Below are positions 24,501 through 39,300 of a stretch of DNA of 64,000 bases, piece after piece; the stretch's first letter is position 1; the number at the start of each line of letters is the position of its first letter. The stretch is from Podarcis tiliguerta. Taxonomy: Eukaryota. The notes beneath the pieces were generated by a model. It did no database searches, was not told where the DNA came from, and saw only the letters and a program-made list of their open reading frames with translations. A program made the translations under genes and the position numbers. The DNA lies in assembly GCA_965153285.1 (NCBI GenBank), contig OZ229121.1; one strand, 5' to 3'.

Positions 24501-27500
24501 GCTTTCCAAACAGTGTGTCGCAACACGATAGTGTGTCAGTTGCAGTGTGCAGGTGTGTCACACAAATGCTCCTCCTGGGGCTGGAAAGGGGTTAGTTAAA
24601 CTCTGGTTTGCTAGTAAAACTGCATTACTGCGTTGCAAAATGATGCATGCTTAAAAAGTGTGTCACCACTCTGCTCTAACCATACAATAACAAATGATTT
24701 AATTTGAAAAGTATCTGTTCCAATTGTTATTGTGTGTCACAAAAGTTTGACTCAGCATTGTTACTTTTTCTGAAACCTCAGTTTAACCTTAACCAGACTA
24801 CTCTGGAGGTGGTGAATAGGATCCAGCTGGCAGGCCAGATCCTGAACTTGCCCACTCTTGGATGGGCCCTTTTTGATGGGTACATGGGGCTGCCCACCTG
24901 TACATCACCTGCCATCACTATAATGGGAGGCAGGGTTGCTCCTAAATGAGCATTTAATTCCTATTGGGTACAGTACATACAAATAGTTGTGTGGTTCTTT
25001 TGCTCTATCAGTAGTTCTATCTACACTCTTCATTCTTACCAATATTCATGAGTATCATGTGGTCAAAGCATCTTCATAAGGAAAACACTTTTTAAGCATA
25101 GCATATAACAGCAGTAACCGATGGTGCTCTCCAAATGTTGGAGTCCTATCAGTTCCAACTAGTATGACCAGTGGTCAAGGATGATGGGAATTGTAGTCCT
25201 GCATCTGGAGTGCATCACATTGGCTGTCCCTAGCATATAAGATCATCTATGGTTGTCTGCTTACACAAACCACAGGAATTCTTATTTTGCAAAAGCTAAT
25301 CACTGGATAAAAGAAGTTGTATTTCTCAAATAGCCCATGAAATGAAGTGACTAACTTCGTGCATCCTTTGCATTTATTTTCATTTTGTCAGTTGCTGATC
25401 TATTTCCACAAACAAAACAAATGTCGCCAGGGAGTTGAAGAAGTTGTTTATAGACTTTATCAACCAATTCTTTGGAGAGCATTGAAGGTAATTGTTTAAA
25501 ATGTTACCTATCATCTTTGCGGATATTTTTACATCAAGATTGTTGGAAACGAGTTGAAAAATAATTGGACCTTTTTAAGGTAGCTTCCAATATTCTTTTT
25601 TGTTGTAAGTCACCACCGGCAAAGCCTAGTCAAGCATCGATCTGACAAAATAGATGGTGCATACTCTCTTTTGTGCCAAGTACCACTACAAAGCTGCTGT
25701 CTGTTGAGAAGGGGGTCTTCCTGTAAATAAGGGTTCAACTTGTTTTGCATAGGGTGGCACTCCCCTTCATGGAGTGGAGATCCTCCAGAATCTGGCTTTG
25801 CTTCTGAGTTTGAATATACAGTGGTACCTCAGGTTACAGATGCTTCAGGTTACAGACTTTGCTAACCCAGAAATAGTACCTCGGGTTAAGAACTTTGCTT
25901 CAGGATGAGAACAGAAATCGTGCAGCAGTGGTCTGGCAGCAGCGGGAGGCCCCATTAGCTAAAGTGGTGCTTCAGGTTAAGAACAGTTTCAGATTAAGAA
26001 CGGACCTCCAGAACGAATTGAGTTCTTAACCCGAGGTACCACTGTAATTTTATTTTTGTTTTGTGAGTCACCCAGATAACTTTTGTTATGGTGTGGCTGT
26101 ATGAAATTAGTAAGAAAGCAAATAATGCATAAAATATAAATTTAATAGAAGAAGAGGAAGAGGAAGAAGTTCAGATAATGGCTGTGGACGGGTTTGCTTT
26201 TGCCCAGGTCCAGCTGGTGCACCTTTTTACTTTTTTACAAGAGTATATGATGGCTTTTACCTTGACGTGGAACCACAGAGAGAGCTCTGCTTCTGAAGAA
26301 CTAGCTCTTTGCACGTATTTGTTAAGCACTATTGTGCAGATAAATGCGCCATCAGGTGCCTGCTAGCTTAGAAGCAGCTAGCTTATTTAGCCATAATAAG
26401 TAAGATCCCTTGCCTGCTGCTGTGTGGAAAGGGAAGAAAAGTCTAGTGTAGTTGCCATTTACTTAAAGGTCTGAAACGGAATTATATTTTTATAATCTCA
26501 TTGAGCGGAGAAAATTGAGGTAAAATGGAAGCAAAAGCTTCTGAACAGCTTGTCCTGGCTGTGTTGGAGGCGGGTTGGAAAGGGACAGGGCAAATAAGCC
26601 CGAGGCTTTCATAGGCTCATTCGTCTAAGGTTAAACTATTGTTTATAGTTGAATTCAAATGGGACCATTAACACTGCTGCGGGTTCACACCTTAAACTCA
26701 CTGTCCACCCTTGCTTTTAACACATGGCAATAATTTAGGCATTAATGATTTGCTTTGTCCATGGTTTATATAACTATAATTTACTTGACTACTTTCCTGC
26801 TTTGTAACAGGCCAGAAACTCGGAAGTCCGATCAAATGCAGCATTGCTATTTGTTGATGCCTTTCCAATTCTTGATCCATCTTTTAATAAAGAAGATATG
26901 GAAAACGAAATCCAAAGGCAATTTGATGAGCTCTTTGTAAGTCTGCTGTGTGTTTCTCTCCCCACCCTCCATCAAGCTAGTTTTATTTAAGGTTAGCAAA
27001 AAGTAAGGAAATCCATTTTGCTGGAAAATGGAATTGGAGACATCAGTGCTTTCTTATTTTTACAAGTAGCTGTCTTGCTTTATTTTGAGCTTTTCAGCAT
27101 CTTCATAATTACAAAGCAACCTAAAAGTAAACTGAAAACATAGTGACATATCATCTAGCCTGATAAGAACCTATCAGAATAGTGAAAGCCAATTGCTTCT
27201 CTCTTCCTCTTCCCTTCAATACTAGAATATAATGTTATTGTATAAATGTACATACACGTTTATTTGGATCATTGGCTCCCACAGAAACTTAAATACTGTA
27301 AGATTAAAATATACATTGGTAATGAACATTGTATTGATGAAGACCTACTTTAAAGCTCATAGGTGGAAGATATAGACATGGAAGAACTCAAGTGTTGCAT
27401 TTCTGAAAATATCTAAGGCATCATCCCTTGATAAGGTCTCCTTCACAAACTGTCACATGTGAGCTGTCCAGCTGCACAGAAAACTGGATGGAAATTGTGG

Positions 27501-30500
27501 CTTAATATTCTTTATTTCCCCCCCTGTTTCTAGACTCTCTTAGGAGATCCTCAACCTCTAGTCCGCTCAACAGGTGTGCTTGGTGTTAGTAAAATAGCAT
27601 TCAAATATTGGGAGATGATTCCTGCAAATGTGCTTGCTGATCTCTTAAAAACTCTAATTGAAGATCTTTCTTTTGATGCAACTTCAGCTGATGTTAGATG
27701 CTCTGTTTTTAAAGTAAGTGCCTTCACAACAAAAGTAAGTGTCTCTTCTTTTAGTGATTAGTTTCTCATTGGCTTGGTTCAAATGTCACTTAGCACAGGT
27801 AAGCATGACTATGATTTAAAGGTGAACACATACTGTGCTAGTGCACAAGGCTAAACTCACAGATACTTGGTTTCTCTCCTTGCTGCTCCCAGAAACTAAG
27901 GCATGGTTAGCATTAGAGTTGCATCCAAACGCAGGCCTGCAATTACTTCTCCAAACTCAGAGGAGCAGGTTCTTAGCTTGGGGGTACTGCTTGATTGACA
28001 TTGTCACTGCAGACAGGCCCATGTGGCCTCCGTGGTAGCCATTCCTGGATCAGGAATGACTTAGCCACAGTAACCCATGTTCTCGTAATCTTACTTTTAG
28101 ACCATTTTAATGTGCTCTACTTAGAATTACTTGTGAAGTTATTTGGGACAGATGGAGGTGTTTGGGGTCATTTTTGTTTTTCTTGCTGTACTTTAGTGAT
28201 GGATTGATATAATTCTTTCTTAAATGTTACAGCTGCATAATTTTAATGTGCCGTTGAATTTTTGTGGTTTTCATTTGTGTTTCATTGTGTCCAGGGATCT
28301 TTCAATGCAGGATAGTTTAAAAATTGATTAAGCACACTGTTTTGCTTTCATTTTGCTTGCTGAAAAAGTTGGCTTTTCTCAATGCGCAACTCAGAAATGC
28401 GTTGAGTGGTTTTGGGAGCGATCTCTTCTTTTGTGGGCAATTTGATGCAAGGCTCAGCCGTTCCCTCCACCCTGCCACTGAGCAGTGTGTAAAGGGCAGG
28501 TTTGAATTTCCTCTCAGAGCTCCTCCACTCCACTTACCCCCACAACACACACTGCTCAGCTATGTGGAGGAAGGCAGCTTGGCAACCAGGAAAAAGTGGC
28601 CTGGGAAAAGGCAGGGCCCAGAGGAGAGGCTGCTGGGCTGAAGAGCAGGCTACAAGACAGTAGTTCCCAAGCTCTGTTTTATAGCCAATGCTATTCCCTT
28701 TTAAAAATAAGCTTTGAAATAGTTGGCATGCAAAGATCATGATGCTGATTAGTGATGAGCTTGTTAAAACAGGGTACTTCTGATTGGAATGAGAACACAA
28801 TCTTAATAACTAGAACAATGCTGTAATAGTAAAGTTCTCTAGAGCAGAAATGTTTGCTAACCTAATCATACCTTAAATTGGAATAAAAACATCAGTAGAT
28901 GTACCGAACCTTTTAAATGCTTCTATTCTGCATAAATATATTTGCTGTCTTTGTTCCAGTTCAGCAGCACATCCCTAGAAGGAATATTAATAGGACAATT
29001 TTTATATGCACAACATATACCACTTTGCATTTAAATGGCATGTTTTAATAAAACGTGTTTCCTTGCTTTTTGTCATTCTCCAGAGCCAGTTCTCTAAGCT
29101 GCATGTGGTTAGCAATTAGAATAGTTTCAGTTCTGTATTCCCTGCTTTCTTGTGATAACCTTTTATTGGTCTTTTTCTTTTCTCTCTTGCAGTGCTTGCC
29201 TATAATTTTGGACAACGTACTAACCCACCCATTATTGGAACAGCTCCTGCCAGCCCTGAAATACAATCTCCATGACAATTCGGAGAAAGTTAGAGTGGCT
29301 TTCGTTGATATGTTGCTGAAAATTAAGTCTGTCAAGGCTGCTAAGGTAGGATAAATTAGGTTTGCTAGGCTGCAGACAGGCTGCATAGAACTAGGCAATT
29401 TATTCTGAAAGATGTACATTCATCAGTACTGCAACAATCCTAAAAGAATAGGGGGGCAGGTAACCTATTAACACTTCACTCCAAACTATTTACTATTGTT
29501 GTATTTTAAACTAATCAGTGCCTTAAAAATGCCAGTTTCTTTTTTGCAGTTTTTCTGGCAATTATCTTGATTGTATGTCCAGCAGTTGTATTCTGTTATT
29601 TCCTTATTATTTTTAAACATAAGTTACAAATTATTGGTACTTTGTAGCTGCAAAAATAAACTGCCCCTAATTGGAAAAGATGTGAGAACTCAACTGGGCA
29701 TTAACTGGATACCAAGAGCTGGGATGTTGCTGAATTGTTTAGGAAGAAATAGAACCAGGAGGGACAACTGTATTCCAACAGCTTTTAGGAAATATGAAGA
29801 TATTAGTTGAGAATCAAATCGGATCAGAAGATCTATGGTCAATAATATCATTGTATGTCTGTGAGCTGTTGAGTGCTTTATTTATTCCTATGTTGTTTAC
29901 AACAAAACTAATAGAAGTCTCTGGGGTTGGGGGCTTAGAAAAGTACTGTACTTTATTTCTATTGTGTCTGCACCAGCAGCTTTTTCATTGATTTTTTTGG
30001 GGTGTGCATTTGTTGGAATATACATATGATGATGAGGACTTGGATTTTTATAAGGGGGAAGGAGGACAATCCTTGCACATGTACTGATAAACCTACACTG
30101 ATATTTGAAAAAAGGAGAGTTTATTCTTCAGGCACACGTTGCTATACATACTTATAAGTAATGGTTAAGCAATGTGCCATTTGATTCCCTTCCCCACTTG
30201 CAAGATTCCAAAATTACAAAGTTTTCACATTTATAAGGCTGTATAATGCACTGGATTGATGCAATTTATATTCTTTTAATTATTATTTAAACAGTACAAT
30301 ATATAATAATATTTAATTTTCAGTTGATTTATTTGAATTCATTAAATTTCTTTGAACCTGCTAATCATTATAAAGTTAATGCTCAATTTATAACTCTGTA
30401 TAAACTCAGTGCTGGGCTCCTTATACTGTAGTTTTCTTGCTTTTTCAATATTGTTAGTTTTATAATCCAAATTTTCCTTATCATTCTATTTACTCAGGCC

Positions 30501-33319
30501 ACACATTATAATATATAATGCTGCTTCTTGATAAAAGTTGGCATATTTTACATAATTCAGTAAGCACAGTAAAGGGTCTGTCGATGTGTCAATTGAAAGC
30601 TGGCCATGTTCCTTACAAGTATGTTCAGATGTTAGTACCTTTTTAAAGCACTGCTGACTTCTAGGCTAATTTGACCATTGCTACTTGCCCTTTATGTGTG
30701 GCAAGATCAGGATTGAGCCTTGAGCTCTTCCTTTCTGCTCTTACCTATGGTCAGAGAAGTGAATGCAATTATTTGCAAGCTCTCCTGACCCTGGATATGG
30801 AACCTGTTTCTGCTTTAGCATCCATAGTCTTGCTTAGATAAATGGAGTCTCTTTGTTGGCACTTCTGCACCTGTGGGAGGAAGAACAGGCCCATGGCCCA
30901 TTCCTAACGGTGCTGAGAAGAGGGAAGAGAGAAGAGAGAAAAGGGAAGAAATATCCAAATAGCTGTTCAGCTGTGATACAGGTTTCCCAATTTCAACCTG
31001 CTGCAAAAAAGCATTTTCATACTCATGCAAGTGTGTTGAGACCAGTGTGTGTACACTAACTGCATGCATAAGATCTTCTGCTCCCTGCTCTGTTTTTAAC
31101 CCCAATAGTTTGCCCGGAACTGCCACAATAAAGATGTGGCATTCTGTTCCCAGAAGCCTTATCTAAACTCCATAGATTGGATGCAGACAGAGGTAGATAA
31201 CAAGGTGTGATACAGGACAAGGACAAGTTGGAAGAGGGGCTAGTTGATTTTAACATTGTCTTTTTACATTGTTGGAGCCTGCATAGGTTTGTGGGAACAA
31301 TTTGTAACCTTTATGGTAAAGGACGGGTAAGAAATAATAATAGTATTGACTAGCAGAAATGCTGAAAGGTTGAGGCTGTGATGATCCAGGGGGGGATTTG
31401 TAAAGGAATGTTTTGAACAGAGATTTTAGAAAAAGCATCATGTAAAAAAAGGCAAAATGGGATTATTAGATAATGTAATCATGATAACTTTTTTTCTTTT
31501 TCTTCCTCTTCCTCACCTCCATACTGCCCTGCTCCAAATTCCTCACAAATCAGTTCTGGAAAATCTGTCCTATAGAGCATCTCTTAACTCGCCTTGAGAT
31601 TGATTCACGGCCTGTGTCCCGGCGCATAGTAAATCTCCTGTTCAGCTCTTTCATGCCCATCGATCAACCAGAAGAAGTGTGGTGTGAGCGCTGTGTCACA
31701 CTAATCCAAATGAACCCAGCAGCGGCTAGAAAGTTCTACCAGTATGCTTATGAGTACACCAGCCCAACCAACATAGGTAAAGTTGTGGAGAGCTAATGGT
31801 TTGGTTTATAATAAAGAATCTATGAGCAAAAGTATTGTGTAGTAGCTCTTACTGTAAATGCTCGTAGGCTAGTAGCTGCCTCTGAAGAATTCTGTGCCAA
31901 ATTATAAATGCCGGGAAGGGAGAGAGAGAGAGAGAGAGACCTATATGGGGTTTTTATTCTTATTGCTGCCTTTTATATGCATGCATTATGTATATACTTG
32001 GCTTATTTATTTTTAAATGGAGATCGTACTTAACTCCCTCCTCAGTGCATAGCCCTTGAGTGATACAGGGTGTTAACTTCAGCCACATTTAAATAATTTA
32101 TTTTTATTTTATATTAAAATATATAGCCATGAAGATGCTCAAGGCCATTTACAAATCAATTAAAAACACTAGTAAGAAATATAATGAATAAAATATTAAG
32201 CTCTAAGCAGCACCGTGTTTTATCATTAAACTGTTTTCATTTTTATCTTTTGTTTACATTGAAGACTTTAAATGTTTAAATTTACTCTTTTTTTGAATGT
32301 AAGTAATGATTCGGTTGACTGCTTTGCTGCCCACTACTTTAAATTGTTCCTGTTTCACACTATCTTTCACAATTGCACACTTTGTTCTTTAATTTTAGCT
32401 AAATTGATGCTTACCATTCAGAGCTGTTTGAACGCCTGTATCCGGCAGGGATTAAAAGCATCTGACAGCGATGATGAAGACAGTGAGAAAGAGAACATGA
32501 GCGTAAGAATGCAACACAAAGTTTCTAAGATAAAAATGCTAATTAGGAGAATAAGAAGTGGTCTACGTACTTGGCTCAGTATTGTCTACACTGACCAGTA
32601 GTGGCTTTCCATGGTTTCAGACAGGATGTTCCCAGCCAGGGATTGTACTCGGGACCTGAGCTTTTCTTCTGTCTTGCTCTTTGGGACAAAATATAGAGGA
32701 CAACTGTTCACTGTTTCACCTACCAAGAGTGTTCCTTGGTGCTTGATGTGGGATGTGATGTTCCCCAGTTGCAGCACAGCTGCTAAACCAAGGTTTGGCT
32801 TAGTGTGTTGTCCAAACCTAGAAAACTGCTTAGTAGGACAGACCGGAAAGGAGCAAAGCAGCTGCAAGTTCCTATCTAGGAGCCAGCACACTTTGTCCTA
32901 GTAGGCTATGTTTGCCTTACTGTGGAACCAGGCCTGTGTGAGGTGTGTTCACTCTGTGCCATATTGATTATTACTTGGACTGTCAGCACCTGAACCAGCT
33001 TTAAACTATAATTTCGTTCTAGCAGCTAAATTTCTGGCAGCTAAATTGCTAACCCATAAACTGCTGCAATGTTTGTATATTCATCTAGGCTAGTGGTGGC
33101 CAAACTTGGCCCTCCAGATGTTTTGGGACTACAACTCCCTTCATTCCTAGCTAACAGAACCTGTGGTCAGGGATGATGGGAATTGTAGTCCCAAAACATC
33201 TGGAGGGCCGAGTTTGGCCACCACTGGTCTAGGCATTTTCTAAAGTAAAAAAATAAATTCATAAGTTGGGTTGGGAGCTTCCCAGAGTGGCTGGGGAAAC
33301 CCAGTCAGATGGACGGGGT

Positions 33320-33367
<48 letters not shown>

Positions 33368-36300
33368 CTGCTGTGTTTTCTTTAGGCTTTCTTTTGCAGT
33401 CTCTGGAAAGGCTTGCTTTGAAATGCTGGTTTCCCTTGCTCTACGTGGCCCCACATTCATTTTCAGGGTCTTCATCTTGTTTCTGTACCTCCAGCTTCTA
33501 TCAGTGCCTACCAACCCTGATGCCTATGTTCTCCTACCACTGTTGGTGGCAGTATACGTCTGAATGTCAGTCGCTGGGGATCACAAATTGTGAGAGTACT
33601 GTTGCTCTCAGGTCTTGCTTTTGGTATTCCCATATGCATCTGGTTGGCCAGTGTGAGAACAGAATGCTAGACTAGATGGGCTGTTGGCATGATCCAACGG
33701 GTTCTTCTTATGTTCTGTGTTGCGTTTGGGAATTCTGAGGCAATAAAATCTAGATTTTAGGATGTTAGTTTTCAATGGGTATTATTACATGATCTAAGAA
33801 AAAAAAACCAGTTAATGCTCATTTCCCCCTTGATTCCTGGAACACTGGCCCTCTCAGATAATGGCAAATTTCTAAAATTGCTTTCTTTCTAAAATTCCTG
33901 ACAACTTCCGTTGTATTAACATACACATGAGTTCAAGAAGGCCCGTTCCATTTTTTTTAAAGCCTATAAGCCTAATTTGAGATGCATTGTGCAAGAGAAA
34001 TTGCATAATAATCCTCACATGTTTACATTTCAGGTGCCACATAATGTGTTGTCAGTTGATGACATACCTTCCATGGCAGGCTTACTTGAAATAATTGTAA
34101 TTCTGTGGAGAAGCATTCAAAAACCACTTAATCGCAACGAAGGAGCCAAAAACCATATTGTCCGAAAATTTGCTTCTGTGCTATCTGAATATTTAAAAGT
34201 ATTTAAGGTAAGTTCTCCTGTGAGGTACCCTTAAAATTCCTATAGATGAATTGGATGCAAAGGTTTCATTCTGTTTGTGGAAAGGGTACAATTACAAACA
34301 GAAGAGCCCCCTTGAACTCCAACTCACAGTAACACTTATCTCACAAGCTTTATTCTGTGGCTCCTTGTCCTTCACTAGGTATAGGGGAAAGAATGCAAAG
34401 GTATTAAAAACAGAAAGAAGTAACTTGCTTGGGTTTTTGTGTAGAGGGAATACAGTAGGAATAAGAGAATTCTGTGAAGTACAAGACAATCAGTTCATCA
34501 TCATTGTAATTATTACTATTATGAATTAAATTTGTATACCACCCTTCATCCAGGGATCCTAGGGTGGTTCATAACATCATTAGATTGAAGAACTGCAGTA
34601 CATGCATCCAACATCCTGTAGATAGAGAAAGGGTTGGAAATTTTGCAAATGTGTTGTTGTTGGTCTGCCTCTGTATTTGCTCTAACTTTAAGACATTAAA
34701 TCATAACGTTGCTGTAACTTTAAATGCATGGATGCTCTTTCCGTGTGTGTGTGTGTGGTGTATATATTCATATGGAATGTTTGTCATTTATAGATCTCAT
34801 TGATCAGAGATTCTTTTTATTCAGCACTGTTCAGAACTGTAATAAATGCACTGGGAAGTACAACAGTAAACATATGCAAGCCAAGTGTACATAAGATCTA
34901 ACAGCATTGTTAGTCTATATTTGTAGCACAGTCTAGGCAGACCAAAGTTGAGGTAGTCAAGTATACAAGATGTACTAATATGAATCAGGCTTAATAATTC
35001 TTGACCTGACTTTTTGAGAATCTTAATGAATTAAGGACTTGCTGTGAAAATGGAGGGGCACCATGTGAAGTACTTGGTTCTCTTTGTAAGTGGCCTTGTT
35101 TACCAAATGTTTAGAAATTCCTTATTAGACTATTCTTTGTTTCAACCTAGGATGATCGTTGTGTGTCACCAATAATTGTCCTTGCATCTTTCATGACTCC
35201 TGCTGCTATTCCTACATTCAGGTATTTATGTATTTAGTTATAGTTGCAAATGTGGATATAAATTTTTCCTGTCAACTGTGTGCCATGCAAATTTGATTCT
35301 AGTAAGGATATTTCAATCCATAGGCATGTTGAAAAGTTGTGTAGGCTTTTGAGGTAACCTTATGTACTTAAATGGCTAACGTGCCGTGTTTGCATTTGTT
35401 TCTAGTTGTGGTGTGGTCTCTAAACTGAAGAATCTGGAAAATGGTGCCACTGAAAACCAATACTCTTCCCTTCTTGATTGTCTGTGTCGTTGGGGGAAAG
35501 TGGGACACATTCTTGAATTAATCTGTGATTGGATAACTGCTGAACCAGTTGGAAGAGAGGTGTGTTAAAAGTCTGGCTTTGAAACTCGGCAGAGCAAAGA
35601 GTATATTGTTAATGTAATGTTTGAAATATTGTACTGTGTTAAAAAAGAAAATAATAAAAATTATACTTAAAAAAAAGTTGGGCTTTGAATGCATTGCCTT
35701 ATGCACCTTTTGTAGATGGATCATTGCTTTAGTTAACATTTTAAAATGACATCTTCCTACTGTTTAAATATAAAGGAGCTCTTTTCTCTTTGTATGTAGA
35801 GTAATGGCACTTCTGAACGGCGAGTACGTATCCAGGAGACACATGAGTCGAAACCAGAATTGGCGCTTGATTATATGGAGTATTTGCTGACTCATTACAT
35901 GAATCGGGAATGTCTCCTGTCACTCCCCAAAGAGAAGCTGGACCATCTTTTGAAAGCTCTTGAAGCTGCAAAGGTTAGATTTCACTCTTCCACAGTATTG
36001 TATGGCAATTTGAATTAATGCCAGCAAGTAACATATAAGGTTTTCTGCTGTTATCTGCCTTTTGGATATCTTTCTCTTCTCCACAATCATCCAGTAAACC
36101 TTTGAAGCAACTTATTCCAACAAAATGTAGCCTTCATATGTTGCCTAAGAGTTTATCTTTTATTGTGGGTCAAATTGATGTAAAAATCTTCATCTCTGTT
36201 CAGAATGCATACATAGTGTTATCAGGCAATGTCAGTTCAGATTAACACTGCTTGATAATATTGATATATGGTAATTATACTTCTGTTCTTCTATATTTGC

Positions 36301-39300
36301 TCCAACCGAGAACCTTTGCATTTGCAAGGAGCAGCCGGATTGTGCAGATTACGTAATACAGGAACTACCATGAGAAAGACCTTGACTACAGTGATGTGTC
36401 TGTATTTCCGCACAGGCACAAGCCTTTTTTTGTCTCTTATTGTGCAAGCTCTGTAATAAAATGGAACAGTTTGAACAGGATGATGCAATGCATGCTGATA
36501 TATGCCTGCTGGAGCGACACTTAAACTAGGTTAAAGTGGGCAATATGCCAGATGGGCAGTACTGGCCGTTTACTTCAGGTGTATGGATTGACATTTTATT
36601 TGAGGGTGAGCATCCAGTGCATCATCAGAATTGGGTAGCTAGGTTGCCTAGTGTAATTTCCCAATAGAATGAACAATTAGCCTCTTTTGTATTGGTTTAT
36701 GGTTCATGTTGTCAGTTCTGGGGATCGTTCTAGCTTCACACTATTTTGCTTATGTGTGTGATGGCCAGGAATGTAACTCCCGCATAAGATGTGAATTACC
36801 TGTACTCGTAAATATCCTCCACTCCTCAAAATCTCTTTTTTCTTCCTAAGTATGATTTTTACATTTCAGGATGTTCTAGGCTCTTCTAGTAGAGGATCTG
36901 ATGCAAGGCCTCCCTTTTACCCTGCAACTGCACTGAGAGCCTTCAGTCTGTATTGCAGATTAAATATACATCTTCAATATAAGGTACTGTCATGTCAAGA
37001 GTTGCTCTGCGTTTGAGCAGCAATAGGTCTCAGAATCTGAATATATTATATCACATATTTGTGTGCTTCTGTTTTCATCTTAACAGTTTGCCTCTGAAGG
37101 GCAGGAGTACCTGTCAGCTTTGGAGAAAGCAGGAGCTTGGATAGAAAGTAGCATTCTGCCTGCTTTTGAAATAGATGAACAGGAAGGCAACACAGAGCAG
37201 CCCAGTGAAACCTCTCAGCTGGTGGTTCAGGTAAAATGTATGTGCATGTTGTGGGGTTTTTCTCATGTATTTTGAATTAGTGCAGTACCTCACACTGGCT
37301 CAATTGAGACCTCACACCAGAGAAACACAGATGCAATCCATAATTTAGACCTGCTTGTGCTCACCAATGGTTTGATCACCTATGATTTGTTTCCTTTTAC
37401 TTTATTATATTTTTATCTCATTTTTCCAAGATACTCACAGTTGCTTCACTTACTCTTCTCTTCCTTAGCTCTGTGCTCTTGTTTATGTAGCGCAACAGCC
37501 TTAAGAGGTAGACTAACTGCTATGCCTATGGTTTGTCAATTTGTACAGAAACTTGTTCAAACCATGGCCTTAGACTCTGATTTGCCGACTGGCTTTCAGA
37601 CCATGAGATGTCAGATCAGATGCCATGAAAAATCATAGCTAAGCTTCCTTAACTGTGGTTTGATGTCTGATATCGATTGCAGGATCATTTTGTCGTTAAT
37701 TTTTTGTTTTTACAAGGGTGACCTCCTCAAGAGTTGTGCTAGTAACAGCCAGTGGAACAAAGGACTGTACAGTAGATGCTAAATCCTTCAAAGCACTCTT
37801 CTGCTATTTACTTAGGAAATGCGTGATAAAACATGAGTCTGGCTTCTTGTGTAATTTTAATATTAGCTAATGGAATGATTAAATAAACTCCCTATGTCTA
37901 TAAAATAACTGCCCTCCAGTTATTCTGCCTGAAGGGTAGCACTGTAAAGTTTGTTTATTCACCTATAAAAGTTGATCCAATAGCAAGAGCCTATTAACTC
38001 TTCTTTTGGATTAAAACTGTCAAAAATGAGCTGACATTAGGGAATAGTGGATTTTTTAAATAAAAATGTTTAAACAGAAATTTTAAAAATTAAACGTGTA
38101 TTTCCTACCTTGCTAACAACTTGTCATCCATTTCCTAATCTCAAGCATGCTTTAATCTCAATAGATCCTTAATAACTGCATCTAAATATTAAGTACTGGT
38201 CATGCACAAAATTTTTAATATATTTCAACTTTTCATATGTAGAATTACCTGACAGTTTGCAAAGATGTTATAGCTGTTGGCCTTGGTGATTCAGAATTTC
38301 AAGCACACCTTTTGAACTTGACCATTGTCATCATACACACAGGTATGTTTCTGGCTAATTAACACTGCCTTTTATTTTGTGTGGTTAAGATACATTGCTT
38401 GGCCCATAAACCTTTAGAACATGACAAGGATGCCACATTTCCAAAATTAAAATTTATGAAACTCTGTACTTTAAACGTTGTGTATACACATACATGCCCC
38501 CCCCCCCAATATTCAAGGTTAACATACAAAGTAGATCCCAGAGAAGAGAAAATTAGCAACATTGGAAAAAACATATTGTGTAATAAAATACATATTTATA
38601 AAGGTTGCATCTGATACCATCTGTGGACAAGTAGAACTTTACCTTCCTCTCCTCTTCCACGCAACCCTCACAATCTTCTTTGGGGTGCTGCAGGAGGAAG
38701 GAGAAAAGTCCAATTCATATAGTGGGGCTTCACATCATGAAGTTTGCTTGCACAATACTGGATTCTGTCCAAATGGTATGTATTGTAGTATGCTAATGAC
38801 AATGTTGATACAAGTAGGTACGCAGTAATAACAAATAAGTTATATAATGACTGTGCAATTCGGCTGTTGATACTGAAATGAATTTTATAAATGCTGTTAG
38901 TTCTAGAAAGTACTAGTTCCAGAGGTGGGCGTGAACTGCATATTGTGCAAGCAGTTAGATAGCAGTGACGTGTCTCTGATGCAGAGAACAAAGCAAATCC
39001 AGCACAGATACTAAAATCACAGTTCAATGATTACCCTACAGGATATACCTAGTAAGATGTTGCTCTTTTAACTACTTCACCAAAATACCTCATTTTCTGA
39101 GTGCATTAATTGGATAGTAAAGCCATAGAGCCAAAACAGTTCCTCTCCTGTATTAGAAATGGGGGTCCTTTTTCAGTCTGAAAGCCGCATTGCCTTCTGG
39201 ACAGCCTTCCATGGACCACGGGTCAGTGGTAGGCAGAGTGATAAATGTCAGTTTTACCTTTGGTACAGTAGGCTAGTTTCTGCACCCACTCACATGCCCC

